Shown: positions 21,806 through 32,625 of the stretch, piece by piece
How positions within the stretch are numbered: position 1 is the first letter of the stretch
Layout of the letters: each line of letters opens with the position of its first letter
From: Octopus sinensis
Taxonomy: Eukaryota
DNA: 34,678 nt
Direction: 5' to 3'
NCBI RefSeq assembly: GCF_006345805.1
Contig: NW_021832165.1
Span: 1-34,678, forward strand
Translations under genes and position numbers: made by a program
Notes under the pieces: generated by a model
Seen by the model: the letters and a program-made list of their open reading frames with translations, nothing else
The model's database searches: none
Told to the model about the DNA's origin: nothing

Positions 21806-21839
<34 letters not shown>

Positions 21840-21896
21840 ATATATAGGAGCAGGAACAAATAATTCTCGGTACCTATATTCTGAAGCCTAGGTATT

Positions 21897-21990
21897 TTTT
21901 TGCTGAACCGCTAAGTTACCGAGGCGTAAACACACCAACATCGGTTATCAATCAATCGGTGATAGAGGACAAGCACAGACACAAAGACAA
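21897..21990 (-). mobile_element. SINE family B middle fragment
   Basis: ttttgctgaaccgctaagttac...gtaaacacaccaacatcggtt aligns with 22575-22640. Confidence 0.65.
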
Positions 21991-22070
21991 ACACATATAC
22001 ACATGTACACCTAAATATATGTATACACACACAAACACACGCACATTCATACACGCATATATACACATAC

Positions 22071-22432
22071 GCGCAGGCGTGACTGTGTGGTAAGAAAGTT
22101 GCTTTCCAACCTCATGGTTTCGGGTTCAGTCCCAATGCGTGGCACCTTGGGCAAGTGTCTTCTACTATAGCCTCGGTCTGACCAAATCCTTGTGAGTGGA
22201 TTTGGTAGACGGAAACTGAAAGAAGCCCGTCATATATGTGTATGTATATATTCAAGTGTATGTGTCGTTGTGTCTGTGTTTGTCCCCGTAACACAGCGGT
22301 TCGGCAAAAGAGACCGAAAGCATAAGTATTAAACTTGCAAAGAATAAACCCTAGGGTCGATTTCTTCGGCTAAAAATCCTTTAAGACGGTGCTCCAGCAT
22401 GGCCACAGTCAAATAGCTGAAACAAGTAAGAG
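22071..22432 (+). mobile_element. SINE family B, near full length
   Basis: Aligns along its length with 18245-18700. Confidence 0.9.
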
Positions 22433-22444
22433 AACGAATATATA

Positions 22445-22854
22445 CTCTTTTTTGCTCTTTTACTCTTTTACTTGTTTCAATCATTTGACTGCGGCCATGC
22501 TGGAGCACCGCCTTTAGTCGAGCAAATCAACCCCAGGACTTATTATTTGTATGCCTAGTACTTATTCTATCGGTCTCTTTTGCCGAACCGCTGAGTTACG
22601 GGGACGTAAACACAACAGCATCGGTTTTAGGGTGATGTTGGGGGACAAACACAGACACACAAACATATACACACACACACATATACATATACATATATAC
22701 GACGGGCTTCTTTCAGTTTCCGTCTACCAAATCTACTTACAAGTCTTTGGTCGGCCCGAAGCTATAGTAGAAGACACTTGGCCAAGGTGCCACGCAGTAG
22801 GACTGAACCCGGAACTATGTGGTTAGTAAGCAAGCTACTTACCACACAGCCACT
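22445..22854 (-). mobile_element. SINE family B, full length, tail-to-tail with the previous copy
   Basis: Reverse-complement alignment to 18245-18700, from the tail (ttttacttgtttca) to the head (cttaccacacagccact). Confidence 0.9.
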
Positions 22855-22971
22855 ACATATATATATACACACACAACACACACACACACACACACCACAC
22901 ACACACACATATATATATATATAATATATATATATATAATATATATATATATAATATATATATATATATAC

Positions 22972-23280
22972 ATGATGGGCTTCAGTTTTCGCCTACCAAA
23001 TCTACTCACAAGGCTTTGTTAGACTCGAAGCTGTAATAGAAGATACTTGTCCAAGTTGTCACGCAGCGGGACTGAACCCGGGACCATGTGGTTGGGAAGT
23101 AAACTTCTTATAGAGATGTGCTGGTGTGTTTACGTCCCCGTTATTTAGCGGTTCGGCAAAACAGACCGATAGAATAAGTACTAGGCTTACAAAGAATAAG
23201 TCCTGGGGTCGATTTGTTTCGACTAAAAGTTGTGCTGCAGTATGGCCGCAGTCAAATGACTGGAACAAGTAAAGGAATAG
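22972..23280. mobile_element. Rearranged SINE family B: inverted head half (22972-23110) joined to a forward tail half (23113-23280)
   Basis: The first part is the reverse complement of the head; the second is forward tgctggtgtgtttacgtcccc...aatgactggaacaagtaaa. Confidence 0.8.
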
Positions 23281-23872
23281 AGGAATAAAGGAATGAATTT
23301 GATTGTTCGTTTGGTATTCAGTCGCCGCCAAAACTCCAGTAAATGGCTTACTCTTAATTTTAGATTTCCTTTAGAATAACAATTCCAAAATTCACATTTG
23401 TATATAATGAATCTATTCTGTGTGTGTGTGCGTGTGTGTGTGCGTGTGTGTGTGTGTGTGACACAGTTATGGCACGTTGAGTCGATAGTGTGTTGGTGTG
23501 TCGATTAAAAGGCCAACAATACGTTTAATGTCACCAAACACTCGTACCAATGCACTTAAATTTCACAAGGTCAGGAAATCCATCTAGTTGTGAAGATAGA
23601 GGGGAAAGGGAAGTAGAGAGAGAGAAAGAGAGAAAGAGAGAGATAGTAAGAAAGGGGTGAGGAGTGGGGTGGAGAGTAGCCGAGAGAGAGAGAGAGAGAG
23701 AGAGAGAAATAGAAAGAAGGGTAGAGAGAGTTAGATAGATAGAGAGATTGAGAAAGGGAACCAATGTGTGTCCGAAGCAGTTTTAACAACAAATCCCTCA
23801 CAATCCGTACAGCTAAGCCATATTAACTCTTCTACTACAGTTGAATCCAGAACTCGGCGATATTTAAAACGA

Positions 23873-23957
23873 ATAAATAAATAAATAAATATAAATAAAT
23901 AAATAAATAAAGGAATAAATAAATAAACGAATGAATAAATAAATAAATAAATAAAAT
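23873..23957. repeat. (AAAT)n microsatellite
   Basis: Directly visible. Confidence 0.9.
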
Positions 23958-24224
23958 TAAATCCCATATTAAATCCGACACTTGGATCGAATTAAATCGA
24001 TTTTGCATCGTATTGTCAACCATTAAAGCGTAAAAGGTAGTAGAACGAATACTGGAAATGATTTCAAGAATTCTACCAGGAGGATAAAGAGGAATGGAAG
24101 TGTGTTTTCTTTATTCACACTCTTTCACGTCAACTTCATTCTTCTTCCACTCGTTCTTCTTCCCCTCATCCGAGTCATTCCGCGTTTTCTTCTCCTTTTT
24201 CATGCCGTCATTTTCCCTTCTTCT

Positions 24225-24960
24225 TGTCGTGCCTCCTGCTTCTTCTTCTCTTCTTCTTCTTCTTCTTCTCCTTCTTCTTCTTCTTCTTCTTCTTCATCTT
24301 CTTCTTCTTCATCTTCTTCTTCTTCACCTTCTTCTTCTTCTTCTTCTTCTTCTTCTTCTTCTTCATCTTCTTCTTCTCATCTTCTTCTTCTTCACCTTCT
24401 TCTTCTTCTTCTTCTTCTTCTTCTTCTTCTGCTCTTTCTCTCCTCCTCTTCTCTTCTCTTCTTCTTCTTCTTCTCTTCTTCTCTTCTGCTTCTTCCTCCT
24501 CTTCTTCTTCTTCTTCTTCTTCCTCTCTTCTGCTCTTCTCCTCCTCCTCTTCTCTCTCTTCTTCCTTCTTCTCTTCCTTCTTCTCCTCCTCCTCTTCTTC
24601 TTCTTCTTCTTCCTTCTTCTCTTCCTTCTCCTCCTACTCCTTTTTCTTCTTCTTCTTCTTCTTCCTTCTCCTCCTCCTCCTCCTGCTCTTCCTCTCTTCC
24701 TCCTTCTTTCTCCTTCCTTCTCCTCCTCCACTTCCTCCCCCTCTTCTTCCTCCTACTACTTCTCCTCCTCCTCATTTTCCTCCTCCTACTCCTCCTCCCC
24801 TTCCGCCTCCTCCTCTTCCTTCTACTTCTTCTCCTTCCTTCCTCCTCCTTCTTCTACTTATTCTCCTTCTACTACTTATTCTCCTTCTACTTCTCCTCCT
24901 TCCCTCCCCTTCCCTCCCCTCCTCCTCTCTTCCTTCTCCTCCGCCTCTTCCTTCTCCTGC
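24225..24960. repeat. ~730-bp almost pure polypyrimidine tract, (CTT)n grading into (CCT)n
   Basis: Directly visible; source of the 296-334 aa low-complexity ORFs. Confidence 0.95.
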
Positions 24961-25182
24961 CGGACACGATTTCTTTTCTTCGAAACCAATAACCAAAAGT
25001 AACTGCTTCCACAGGAATACCATGGCCAATGTGGGGTTACTCCATCATGAATCCCTTAAGAGTCAACAGTACAGGCACAACCTCAATTTTTCGGAGCTTT
25101 TGTTTCCAAAGACATTCCGTATTATTGGTTTTTTGCGAAGGAGGAGCAGGCACACTATAGATCAAACGCATATTAAATACAT

Positions 25183-25390
25183 CTTTTACCTTTTACATGC
25201 TTCAGTCATTAGACTGCGGTCATGCTAGAGTACTGCCTTGAAAAACTTTAATCAAACGAATCGACCTCAGCACTTATTCTTTTTGTAAAGACTGGTACTT
25301 ATTCTATCGGTCTGTTTTGCCCAACTGTTAAATTACGGGAACGTAATTACACCAAGCGATGGTGGGGTACAAAGAGAAATACAACGACAC
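25183..25390 (-). mobile_element. SINE family B 3' half
   Basis: ttcagtcattagactgcggtcatgctagag...cttattctatcggtctgttttgc aligns with 22470-22620. Confidence 0.75.
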
Positions 25391-25444
25391 ACACACACAC
25401 AATACATACACAGATACATGCGTATATATGTATTTAGTTGAAAT

Positions 25445-25764
25445 CGGAGACCCCTTCGGTCACGACACTGACCATGGGATTGCACCATACAGTTACCCTG
25501 CCAGGCACAAGTCCGCGGCAAGGTTGTTTACGGAAGACCAGCAGTCGCCCATGCATACCAGCCTCCCCCCTCCATGCCACCGATGTCATCAAAGGGAAAG
25601 GCAAAGGCCGATACAGCTTGGCACCAGTGACGTCGCAACTCATTTCTACAACTGAGCGAACTGGAGCAACGTTGCTCAAGAACACAACACGCAGCCCGGC
25701 CGGGATTCGAACTCACAACCTTATGGTCGTAAGTTTGACGCTCTAGCCACTGAACCATGCGCCT
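25445..25764 (-). mobile_element. tRNA-derived SINE family C, full length
   Basis: Minus head aggcgcaTGGTTCAGTGGctagagcg...GAGTTCGAATCCcggcc (A and B boxes); body aligns with 6773-7105. Confidence 0.9.
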
Positions 25765-25789
25765 GTTTCATAGTTGAAATATTTATAGA

Positions 25790-25925
25790 AAAACAAAAGA
25801 CGAAGCAGGTGTATTAGTCAGACGCTCGGGAAAATGAAAATGCCTTTTAAGTTTCGAGCCTGCACTCTTCCACGGAAATGAATAAAAGAAAATAAACAGA
25901 AAGAGAATGAAAGAAGAATATGTGT
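25790..25925 (-). mobile_element. Family P short repeat (decayed)
   Basis: aagacgaagcaggtgtattag..gacgctcgggaa...gtttcgagcc aligns with 15545-15690. Confidence 0.55.
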
Positions 25926-26799
25926 TCTTAGCGGTGTGTTTTCCCGCCAAGGAAACCGGGAAACCGGCCCTTATGAGCCAAGCGTGCTTCGTGAAGGAAC
26001 AAACATACGGTCACTGGTGTAGTACTGGAGAAGTTAAGGCAGGTTATAACACTAACAACGTGTAGTTAAAGTTTTAGGGCCTTCTCTTTAGTTTAGTTCT
26101 TTTTTCTTGCCTTTTTTGCTTTACCATCGTGGTTTGGACGAGTGAACGCTGTGCGTTTGCTGTTGGAAAGTTTATTGAGAAACGTGGGTCCTGAGAGGTT
26201 TGTTTTGCCACACCCTACATGATATCGAAGCAGTATACTATAATTTTTAATGTCAATAATACGATTTATTTATTTATCTATTCATTGCAAGTATCGCTCA
26301 CAAATGATTTCGTTGGTTTAATATGTAATCTATCGAATCTCAAGGTTTCGTTAACCTTTTTCTGCGAAGTAACCGAAGGATTATTATACAGAATATCTCA
26401 TGATGATGGGACACATACCCTACTTCCTTAATAAATGTGCTTACTACAGGCCTAGTTATTTGCGTTTAAAACGTGACCGTCAGTATGATACATCCTGTAG
26501 ATTACCACACACAAATAGGCATGTATCTCATTATTATATCTACTGCTACGGGGAAATACTTCTTGCTTTCCTTTCTTTAGGAAATCTAAAATTATTTTGC
26601 TTGCAGTCTTTAAATTGATATCTATGCACGGCGCAAACATTTTGTAGACCTATACACGATCATTAAAAAAATAGATATTGACCTATATAGGGGAAATAAC
26701 TCTTACCACCATTCTGTTTCATGTTTGATTTCTTATGATTCAAAGGTAGCGGCTTTAATTTTTCGTGTTGTTTTGTTTATAATATTACAGCATCAATCG

Positions 26800-26940
26800 A
26801 AGGCGGTGAGCTGGCAGAATCGTTAGCACATCGAGCAAAATGCTAAGCGACATTACGTCCGTTTTTACGTTCTAAGTTCAAATACCGTCGAGTTTGAGTT
26901 TCATCATTTCGAGGTTGATAAAAGCACTGGGGTTTCTGTG
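26800..26940 (+). mobile_element. SINE family A, 5' portion, diverged
   Basis: aaggcggtgagctggcagaatcgttagcac...tacgttctaagttcaaat. Confidence 0.8.
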
Positions 26941-27189
26941 TGGTTACAGTTGTTAGACACCTTTTTTTTTTTTTTCCACAACTCGCTCTTTTGGCTAAGC
27001 TGCAGTTCTGAGCTCTTCGTATTTCAAATATCTTCAAACGTTCTCATCCCTCTATCAGTCGAGTAATGTAGTCAATAAAGGTTCCACATTAGCGTTCCAT
27101 AGAGGAATAGTTGCGGACAAAAGCGACTTGTGCTCCAAGAAACTCTGGGCGCCAATAAAAATCAGCAGCCTGATTTATGCAGGAAGACT

Positions 27190-27480
27190 TCCCGGTAGCA
27201 GCCCATGGACACGTCCCTGAAATCCCTCGCCTGATAGTGCTACCGAAGAGACGTGGGGTGGGGCATTGCTGATTCGAGACAAACTCTACAGGCATGAAAG
27301 TGCCGTAAGCTGAGCCAGTCCAAGATGCGCACAGAGCGACAACACTTTTGTTCTCGAACACGTCGAGTACCCGAGCATTACTGACTTATGAAGTTATGTC
27401 GAGCGTGTGCCAATTATTGGAGAAGGACAAGAAGAAAAGGGCATGGCATTAGTAGCCCTTCAAAGTCTCCCTCCTTTGGA
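27190..27480 (+). mobile_element. L1/Tx1-type LINE fragment (zf-RVT zinc-binding region), decayed
   Basis: Frame-hopping translation QPMDTSLKSLA**CYR / GALLIRDKLYRHESAVS*ASPRCAQSDNTFVLEHVEYPSITDL*SYVERV matches the zf-RVT pattern (W+CYRGALP.RDKL...CPRC...ET..H...CP). Confidence 0.65.
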
Positions 27481-27826
27481 GGAATTATTTTTTTTTACTT
27501 TATATTTTTTCCTGTTTTTCAATTTTTATACGCTTTCTATGTAATCCAATTCTATATCGTCCTGAACTGCCCTAGAAATTTCTTTATCAGCTCTTTGTGA
27601 CTGATCAAGGCTGTTGTTATTTAAGCTTGTATTTCTACATATCTCAACACCGAGTTTTTGAATGATGCTTTCGTCAGGTGTTGGCATTCCTTTGCCCGAC
27701 GGAAACAGAAACGCATAGTTCGGTTGGAGTAGCGATCTATCCTATTCATTCGACCTAACACTTTTATGTACTATTTCGCTGATGCATGTGTGTCTGCATG
27801 TATGTGTGTGTGTTTGTGTGCATGTA

Positions 27827-28115
27827 TAGTGTATATGTGTTTGCGGAATGTAATCCGAGGCCATATAGGAATTTACGTGGTGGTGGTGTGACGATATAGG
27901 AATTTATGGAAAAAGAAAACGCAAAAGAATACTGCGGACACAGACACGCTCAGATTTTCATCAGTTGTCGACCAGATGTCAATCAGATGTTTGACATCTG
28001 GTCGACAACTGATAAAAATCTAAGCGTGTCTGTGTCCGCTGTATTCTTTTGCGTTTTCTTTTTCCGTAAATTCCAATATGGCCTCGGATTACATTCCGCA
28101 AACACATATACACTA
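27827..28115. mobile_element. Near-perfect ~290-bp foldback (palindromic MITE-like) element
   Basis: Arms pair across a loop of about 8 nt at 27983-27990 (..cagttgtcgaccagatgtcaa / ttgacatctggtcgacaactg..), with few mismatches. Confidence 0.85.
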
Positions 28116-28260
28116 CACATGCATGAATGTATATTTACATATGTTTATATATATGTATATGTATACACAAACACACACACATACACACCTTCCCGAGCGT
28201 CAAACTATTACACCTGTTTTCGCATTTTGATTTTCTGTAAATTTCAATTATATATATATA

Positions 28261-28645
28261 CTAGCAGTATCGCCCGGCGTTGCTCAGGTTTGTAAGGGAA
28301 ATAACTATAAAGCATTTTTAGAGAGTTATAGCCAAAAAATAGCCAAAAAATGGAAAAAAATGATGGTAAATTTTTTTTTGAGATTTAAAAAAGGTGGAGT
28401 TGCGTCCCCTAGACAGTTTGTGGTTCGTGTTTCTGATTCTCGACCCCATGTCGAATTTATCGATTTTTTTCAGAACTGGTGGAACTTTTCAAAATTTTCG
28501 CTTTGTTAGTTTTGAATTATGACATTGGGCTATGTGTGTGTCAAGTTTCATCAGAATCGGTTGAAAGCCGTGGTCAGGGTGAGGGTACAAGCAAACAGAC
28601 ACACAGAAACACGCACAGACAAACTGCCGTTTATATAGAGAGAGA
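28261..28645 (-). mobile_element. Non-autonomous Helitron, same 5' module as 10357-10818 but a different interior
   Basis: A|TC at 28645, imperfect 3' hairpin and CTAG|T at 28261; 28440-28645 aligns with 10617-10818. Confidence 0.85.
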
Positions 28646-28689
28646 TTGTATGTATGTATGTATGTATGTATGTATGTATGTATCTATAT

Positions 28690-28810
28690 GAGCTCCGCTC
28701 GAAACGTTAAATTCTTCTTTCTTTCTTTTCCTGAGCGTCCAATAACACTATACTTGTTCCACGTCCTCGCGTTGTTGTGTTTTCTCTTTGTGTTTTCATG
28801 TTTGGCTTAA
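28690..28810 (+). mobile_element. Family P short repeat with a 5'-truncated HHR motif
   Basis: gagc-tcc-gctc-gaa-acgt-t-aaa at 28690-28711; the remainder is the reverse complement of 34190-34250. Confidence 0.6.
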
Positions 28811-28835
28811 CTTTGTATATATATATATATATATA

Positions 28836-29110
28836 TCAATATATATAAAACTTAGAATGTGTGTCTGTCTGTCTGTCTGTCTGTGTGTTTCCCTAAAACT
28901 TGAGAACTACACAACCAATTTCATTCAAATTTTACACATGCCTTACTTAGGGTCCATATAGTTTCATGGGCAAAAGAAATATTCAACCTCTTGCCTAGAG
29001 CAAGCCCATAGCAATATCATATCTTCTCCACTATTTCAGTATTACGTGTTAAAAGTGAAACAAAAACATTTCTCTATTTTATGTCAGATACTTTCACTTT
29101 AACAATAAAA
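28836..29110 (+). mobile_element. 5' portion of a Helitron-like element (third subfamily); right boundary uncertain
   Basis: A|TCaatatatataaaac followed by (TGTC)n and accaatttcattcaaatttt, the same layout as the 5' ends of the other Helitrons. Confidence 0.5.
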
Positions 29111-29706
29111 ATTAGAGATAATAATAATTTAATTATATGTAGTAAGTAATAATTAAAATCAAACTAAATTAAAGCGTAACATAACAATTAAAAGTAAAAA
29201 TAGCAATTGGTATAAAATTGCATCAATGACTTGAACTTGAATAAGTGGTTTCACATGAATGGGAATAAATTAAAAATAAAATTAGTGTGCAGAAATGGGA
29301 TAGTCCAGATGGAGCTGTGCACATACACTTTACCACGGCTTTTACATTAGGTTATCTGCTAATTAGCTAGCATTAAGTATCTATATGAAGTTTGACTGTA
29401 TGTAATGTCTGTTTTCTCGAACAGCTGCTTCTACTGAGTACCACTGTTGGTTTATTTCTTATACATAAAGGATTATAGGTTCAACTGCGTACTGCTTTTC
29501 GATCCACCGTAAGGTTTGTTATTATTATTACTGCTTAACTATTGTTATCACGTTTGTTGGTTCCTCGTAAGGGAAACGTTGTTGTGTTGCATTTGTTAAA
29601 TAATTGTAAACTGTAACCCTCCCCCTTTGGGAGAAGGAGTTATTGTTTAAAAATTGATTTGTGTCCCTGTTTGGGGAAATTGATAATATTTTCACCGTCT
29701 TTACAG

Positions 29707-29843
29707 AAGCATTTTTGTTAAATTGCCTTCGATACAAGAAAGTCCAAAAATGAATTTCGTTGCAGCCGTCGGCGGGTGCGAACTCATTAAAATTAAAATG
29801 GAAGAAATACAAACCTATTTCGGATTGATCACTGACAAAGACG
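29707..29843 (+). CDS. Weak candidate exon (137 nt; SIFVKLPSIQESPKMNFVAAVGGCELIKIKMEEIQTYFGLITDKD)
   Basis: Acceptor attttcaccgtctttacAG, donor G|GTGAAT and an open frame. No recognisable homology; it may be Helitron-internal. Confidence 0.25.
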
Positions 29844-30082
29844 GTGAATCTAGGATTACACCACCAAACGAATTAAAAAATTAAATTAAAGAAAAGACTA
29901 TTGTCTATAAAGTATACAATGTAGAGAAAAAAAGATTTGAACACCTGGAGGAAAGCACCATCGAAAAGTTTCTTGGTGCGACTATGAAAGATATCAAGTA
30001 TCTGTATATATATATATGTACATGTAATATGTACACATATATATACACATCTATACATGCACTAGCACTATGACCCGGCAAC

Positions 30083-32244
30083 GAAACAAAGCGTGCAGCT
30101 CTGATGCAATATAAGAGTGATTCTTCTACAAAGTCACTCGAAGAACTCAGAAAGGCAAGAAATAAAACCCAACTGACTGCCAGACGCTGTGCAAATAGGT
30201 ATTGGCAAGAAATCTGCCAGAGTATCCAGTCAACTGTTGACAGTGGCGACGCCCGTGGGATGTATGCTGGTCTGAAGAAGGCCCTAGGTCCATCCGCAAC
30301 CAAGTCAGCCCCTCTGAAATCAACTACTGGAGATCTCATCAAGGACCAAAGCAAGCAAATGGATAAATGGGTGGAGTACTGCCAGAATCTGTACTCACGG
30401 GGGACCACGGTAGCTGAGGCTGCAATCGAGGGTGTCAAGATCTTGCCAGTCATGTGTGAACTTGACAGTCTGCCATCTATAGCAGAGCTCACCAAGGTTA
30501 TTGACTCCCTAGCAAGTAACAAGGCTCCAGGAAAAGACGACATCCCCTTAGAGATCATCAAAACCGGCAAAAATACCATCCTGCTTCGGCACCTTCATGA
30601 GCTTCTGTATCAGTGCTGGGGAGAGGGTACAGTCCCTCAGGATATGCGGGATGCTAACATCATTACGCTTTACAAAAACAAAGGTGACCGTGGTGATTGT
30701 AACAATTTCCGTGGAATATCTCTTCTAAGCACTGTTGGAAAGGCCTTTGCTCGCGTTATCCTGTCCAGGCTACTACTGCTTGCTTCTCCAATTTATCCAG
30801 AATCGCAGTGTGACTTTAGAAGAAGCATATCAATTATTCTCCATACGCCAACTTCAGGAGAAGTCCAGTGATTGGACAAAGGCGTTTGACTTGGTAAGTA
30901 GAAAAGGCCTCCTCATCTAGCTCCAAAAAATCGGATGTCCACCAAAGCTGCTGAGGATCATCAAATCTTTCCATGATGATATGCAAGGCACCATACAGCA
31001 CAATGGTTCAACATCAGCTGCCTTCCAAATAAAAAATGGGGTAAAGCAAGGTTGTGTCCTTGCTCCTACATTATTTGGCATCTTCTCGCTGCTGTTACAT
31101 GCCTTTGAGACATCAGATGATGGAGTGTTTCTGCACAGTGGAAATGATGGGAACCTGTTCAATCTCTCGTGTCTGCGTGCCAAAGCCAAAATCAGAAGCG
31201 TCCTGATCAAGGAGATGCTATTTGCTGATGATGCCGCTCTGGTATCACACATAGAAGAAACCCTACAAAGGCTCATCAACTGTTTTGAGCAAGCATTTGG
31301 CAACTTTGGCTTAGTTATCAGCCTCAAGAAGCCCAACATCATGGATCAGGCTACATCGGACATCCCAAACATACATATTGGAGACCACAGACTACAAGAG
31401 GTGGAGAAGTTTACCTATCTTAGCTCTCCCGTCACCTACAACATATCCCTTGATGCTGAGCTCAATATACGCATTGGCAAGGCAGCTGCTGTGATGGCCC
31501 AACTCTCCAAATGGGCATGGGACAACAATAAGCTGACCAACAACACAAAAATGAAGATTTACCAGGCATGTGTACTTAGCACTCTACTGTATGGAAGTGA
31601 GACTTGGACGCCATACACACGCCATACGACGCCATACGTCTCCTAAATATCTTTCACCTGCGCTGCCTCCGGAAAATCCTTCGCATCAAATGGCAGAATC
31701 ATGTCCCCAACAAAGATGTCCTCAAGCAAGCAGGAATACCAAGCATTTTTGCACTCCTCACACAAAGACGTATGAGATGGCTTGGATAAATTAGCCGTAT
31801 GGAAGATGGCAGAATCCCCAAGGACATACTCAACGGAGAACTTGCTAGGGGCACTAGGTCTGTGAGAAGACTGTTCTTACGATACAAGGATGTTTTCAAA
31901 AGGGACATGAATGCTTGCAATATCAATATTACCAACTGGGAAGCAGTTGCCAGCAACCGTGGAGATTGGCGACGTACCGTAAAAGAGGGACCACAAAGGA
32001 GTGACATAGAGAGAGAGGAGAAATGGAAAGACAAGAAAAGACGTCAACAAGAAACTACGACATTACAACCAGCCAGGCAAAGTCTTCGCTACATTTGCGG
32101 CACCTGCCGGAGGGAGTGTTTGTCCAGGATAGGACTACACAGCCACAGCCGGAGATGTATTAGGACATGAAATGTAAAAGCCGGACTAGATTATTTTATG
32201 CGCAACTCCATAGTCTCCTGAGACAAAAAGGATGCCAACAACAA
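30083..32244 (+). mobile_element. RTE-clade (BovB-like) LINE, 5'-truncated, RT ORF broken by frameshifts and stops
   Basis: KAPGKDDIP, DANIITLYKNKGDR..CNNFRGISLLS, KAFD, GVKQGCVLAPTLF, LFADDAAL, C-terminal CGTCRRECLSRIGLHSH. The 3' UTR ccatagtctcctgagac..aaggatgcc is followed by an (AAC)n tail. Confidence 0.95.
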
Positions 32245-32249
32245 TATAT

Positions 32250-32440
32250 ATGGATTTCGTAGACAGGAACTGAAACAAATCAATCGTATATATATGTATG
32301 TATATATGTAAGTGTATGCGTGTGTCTTTGTCTCTGTGTTTCGCCTTCATCACTGCTTCACAACTGCTGTTCATTTATTTACATCCACATAACTTACTGG
32401 TTTCACAAGAACAAACTAATAGAATAAGTACTTGGCTTAT
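32250..32440 (+). mobile_element. SINE family B 3' half, diverged
   Basis: tggatttcgtagacaggaactgaaac...agaataagtacttggctta aligns with 18375-18620. Confidence 0.65.
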
Positions 32441-32526
32441 CAACATTAAAAAGCACTAGGCTGTGTCTCATATTTTTGTTTGCCCATTCAGTTGTATCTA
32501 TCAATTTATATTTGTATGTGTGTATA

Positions 32527-32575
32527 TCTATATCTATCTATCTATATATCTATATCTATATCTATCTATCTATCT

Positions 32576-32625
<50 letters not shown>

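Noticed and set aside
24094-25228. Three overlapping 296-334 aa ORFs (poly-S/L/F/P) and poly-R/E ORFs on the minus strand
   Set aside because: All arise from the stop-free (CTT/CCT)n tract; there is no domain signal or splice support.
25690-25764. tRNA gene
   Set aside because: A and B boxes are present, but the sequence continues into a SINE body shared with 6773-7105 and lacks a proper acceptor stem; the same holds for 19000-19070 and the family A/B heads.
29905-30579. 224-aa minus-strand ORF (also 30917-31342 and 31699-32034)
   Set aside because: Antisense shadows of the RTE coding region.
30104-32170. Active RT gene or domesticated ORF
   Set aside because: The ORF is split across at least four frames with stops and a deletion before the KAFD motif, and the endonuclease domain is missing.
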